Source: Squalus acanthias (taxonomy: Eukaryota). From it: a DNA stretch of 64,000 nt. Below, one piece after another: positions 61,438 through 64,000 of the stretch. Location: positions 51,710,001 through 51,774,000 of the forward strand of contig CM059432.1 in NCBI GenBank assembly GCA_030390025.1. Reading direction: 5' to 3'. Position 1 is the first letter of the stretch. Each line of letters begins with the position of its first letter. The notes under the pieces were generated by a model. That model did not search any database. It had not been told where the DNA came from and saw nothing but the letters and a program-made list of their open reading frames with translations. Made by a program: the position numbers and the translations under genes.

Positions 61438-63294
61438 CACCTCTCTCCTGGAGTTGACCTCCTGGACCAATGGCTCCAGTGCTACATCAGAGAATATTGG
61501 AGCCTTTTCTCTGTCCTATTGAGCCATTGCTCACTCTTCTTTTTCTGATAGTAGCCTCCACAAGCACTTCTACCACTTGCTGCAGGCAGAAAGCACCTTC
61601 CATTTAAGAGGTGCAGACTGCCTTTAAGTTGTGCAGGCCAGCTTTAATTAGAGCTAGCCTCGCACGATCTTGGGCCCTCTGCTGAGCGTTCAGCCACTCA
61701 GCAGTGCATTCAATCATGCAAAGTAGCAGGCAGCACGAATTTTACATGCTGCCTGCAGTCCTCCAAATGGGCACGGGTTCCTATTGCATCAAAGACAATG
61801 AAAGTGCTGTTTTTAGTGAAGCCGAGTGATAATAAATAATGTACTGTGACAAATGATTACCCCAACTATAAGCAGCAGGCTCTGTATTTGGACACCTTTC
61901 ATTCTTTCTGTGGTGGCCATTTGGAAATTGAGCCATCCACTTTGATCTATGGTTAGATATGACACTCCAAAGTATATTTTTTCTGTCTCTTTGAGGACAT
62001 CTTCATGTCAATTTGCGAACAAAAATAAGTTATTTTTATGTTGAGGTGAAAAGTACATGCTGAATTAGCCAGCATAACTTTAGAAGGAAAATCTCTCCTT
62101 TTATTGGTAAAGTGATTTGCAGTTATCACAGTGAAGATAGATGAATTAAAAAGCACTGCATCTTTGCATTAATTAAACAAGGACATCCAACTTATATTTT
62201 GAGACCAATCCAGATCTGGACAAGCAAATTTAGTTTACATAAAGCATTAGAATATTGTTTTAGTCAATGATTGAAAACTTCAGTATTCTTTAGAGTCACT
62301 GAACAAATGACACCTTTCATCTACTAGCTTATAGGGAGTATAAACCTCTCAGCTGAGGGCGGGTAATTACTCTATATCTACAACCACTATGTACTTTCCA
62401 AAAGAAGTGAATCCCCAGCCACTTCTAGCTCAATGCAGACAAAACTACCACCAACCAGTTCAGCTCAGTGTCCAGCTGAAAATATGTGTAATTGTTCTAA
62501 ATAGCCTATGGTGAGGCCAAGATGTTGAATTTTTGAAAGGATAAGACACAGTAAACAGAATTGCCTGTGAACAGTCTGTTGCTGTAGGTGGGTGTTGGGG
62601 AGGTTGCAGATTTGGGAACAGGTGTGAAGAATCCTTGAGAGATCCAGTGAATGGAAATAACCTACACCTGTACATATAGGTACTGAAATAGAGGAGAACA
62701 GGTGGGATAATTAATGGATTCAAACATTAATTTAACAACCCAAATTTGAAAACAATTATCATTTTCTGAAAAACATGTTTTGGTCTGAACTAATTCATTG
62801 AAATAAAAAACATTTTTTTTAACTATTTACTGCTCTTCTAATGTAACATGAAAGATAGATCATTGAAGGATCCTGTTGTGCATAAAGTCTTTATCAATAA
62901 TTCTTATTATAATTTACATAGTTGACCTGCTTGATAACTTGTGTTTCAGGTCACATTGCTCTTGGAATATATTCAGTTTTTAAGGGACAATCTGAGTTTT
63001 TGTCAATCTGAATTCAATCCTCCTGGCCCCACAGATATAATTAAGTAAATAAATAATTTTTAAAACCTTACCTTTTGGCATCCCTGCAACTAGGTACAGA
63101 CCCTGGTAATACTTTAGGTAAAGGGAAGTATTTCAATCAAACCAATGGGCCAATTTTCTTTCTTCACAGCCTGGGTGGTAATCTTTAGGTCTTCAGCTAT
63201 ATTTTGGATTAGTGTACCCATGGAAATGTGTTTTCACATGGATGGGGTGGGAGGCAGAATTCAACAGAGAAAATGACAAGAGACAAAAGAATAC

Positions 63295-64000
63295 GGGGGA
63301 AAAATTGGGTATCGCCCATTTTGGGGTGCTAATATCGGCCGGGCGCAAAGTTTAGCGCCTGGCGCTAATTATCGCCTCCGACTGCAAAATTCGCCTCTAT
63401 CGCCCCTGGAGGTGATTTGAGCGCTAAATCAGGCACTACACACCTCTCTTAAGGCGCAAACGTCAGGGAGCGAGGTGCTACCTCAGAACGCTACTGAAGC
63501 TCAGGCGATGCCAGTTACCATGGAAGCCAGGCACATTGGCGCCATCCCGTTCTTAAAGGGGAGGGGCCATCTTGCTGGCCAGCCACACCCTGCTCATTGC
63601 AGCCTTGAATCTCGGCCTGGAGAGACCTCAAAAGCAATTGTGTTGGAAGCACTAATGGATAGGCCCAGGGAAAGAGCTCGGCGCTTAGGAAACTCAAAAG
63701 TGGTGCTGAGGGCCAAAATTCCTTAGGACAGCGTTAAAGCCAAAAATTTTGCCGACAAGAAAAGGCAGGAAGCGCCCGCCTTTAAATAGCGCTCCCCCAG
63801 CTCCTTCCCAACTTGAAAACGTTCCCCTCTACCTGTCGTTCCTAGCGGCAGGCACCAAGGCAGGGGGCGCGACTCAATATCCAGTCCAGGGCGCTACTGG
63901 GGCATTACATGTTCGACTGATGTCACGATCTGCGGGCGCAGGAGATCGTGTCGGTAGTGTTTCGCGCCGCCGCAAAATGACTGGTCAATTTCGCGAGCAG
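63295..64000 (-). mobile_element. Family B element (runs off the window)
   Basis: TIR GGGGGAAAAATT; reverse-complement homology to 44280-45072; last ~127 bp homologous to 1-127. Confidence 0.88.

Larger units (their letters stand above)
58826..61780 (-). mobile_element. Harbinger H6 Myb-side arm (three-exon Myb pseudogene from 61527), with two nested insertions
   Basis: MAQ*DREKAPIFSDVALE..WTQCRKKFNDLTRVSK; EKVAHNRRQQTLTG; PATSSDT..MHNEMLGALAGLPESL. Confidence 0.85.

Noticed and set aside
1..64000. Window begins and ends in homologous sequence (circular or LTR-like arrangement)
   Set aside because: These are two diverged copies of dispersed family B; a third lies at 44179.

Overview
Eukaryotic, repeat-dominated DNA. 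The repeat repertoire (CR1 and L2 LINEs, Deu-domain SINEs, abundant PIF/Harbinger elements) points to a vertebrate, most likely a cartilaginous fish (inference). I could not identify an intact host gene, and the longer recognisable ORFs all belong to transposons. Contents: (i) CR1-clade LINE fragments, one with an uninterrupted RT-containing ORF and one with a near-complete but disrupted ORF2; (ii) one L2; (iii) two SINE families whose tails match LINE tails in the window; (iv) many Harbinger elements with convergent DDE transposase and intron-containing Myb/SANT genes, plus non-autonomous derivatives with 12-bp TIRs and 3-bp TSDs; (v) a minisatellite rich in ATTTGCAT. Most notable: a decayed minus-strand coding relic at ~13.5-15.1 kb, possibly extending to ~8.3 and ~18.1 kb, whose motifs are colinear with the Timeless N-terminal domain but very divergent and intron-poor. 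Also notable: an inversion between two inverted Harbinger copies, shown by a LINE split onto opposite strands; a tail-to-tail fusion of two Harbinger Myb genes; and several short local duplications. All alignments and counts were done by eye, and protein comparisons were from memory; none are search results.
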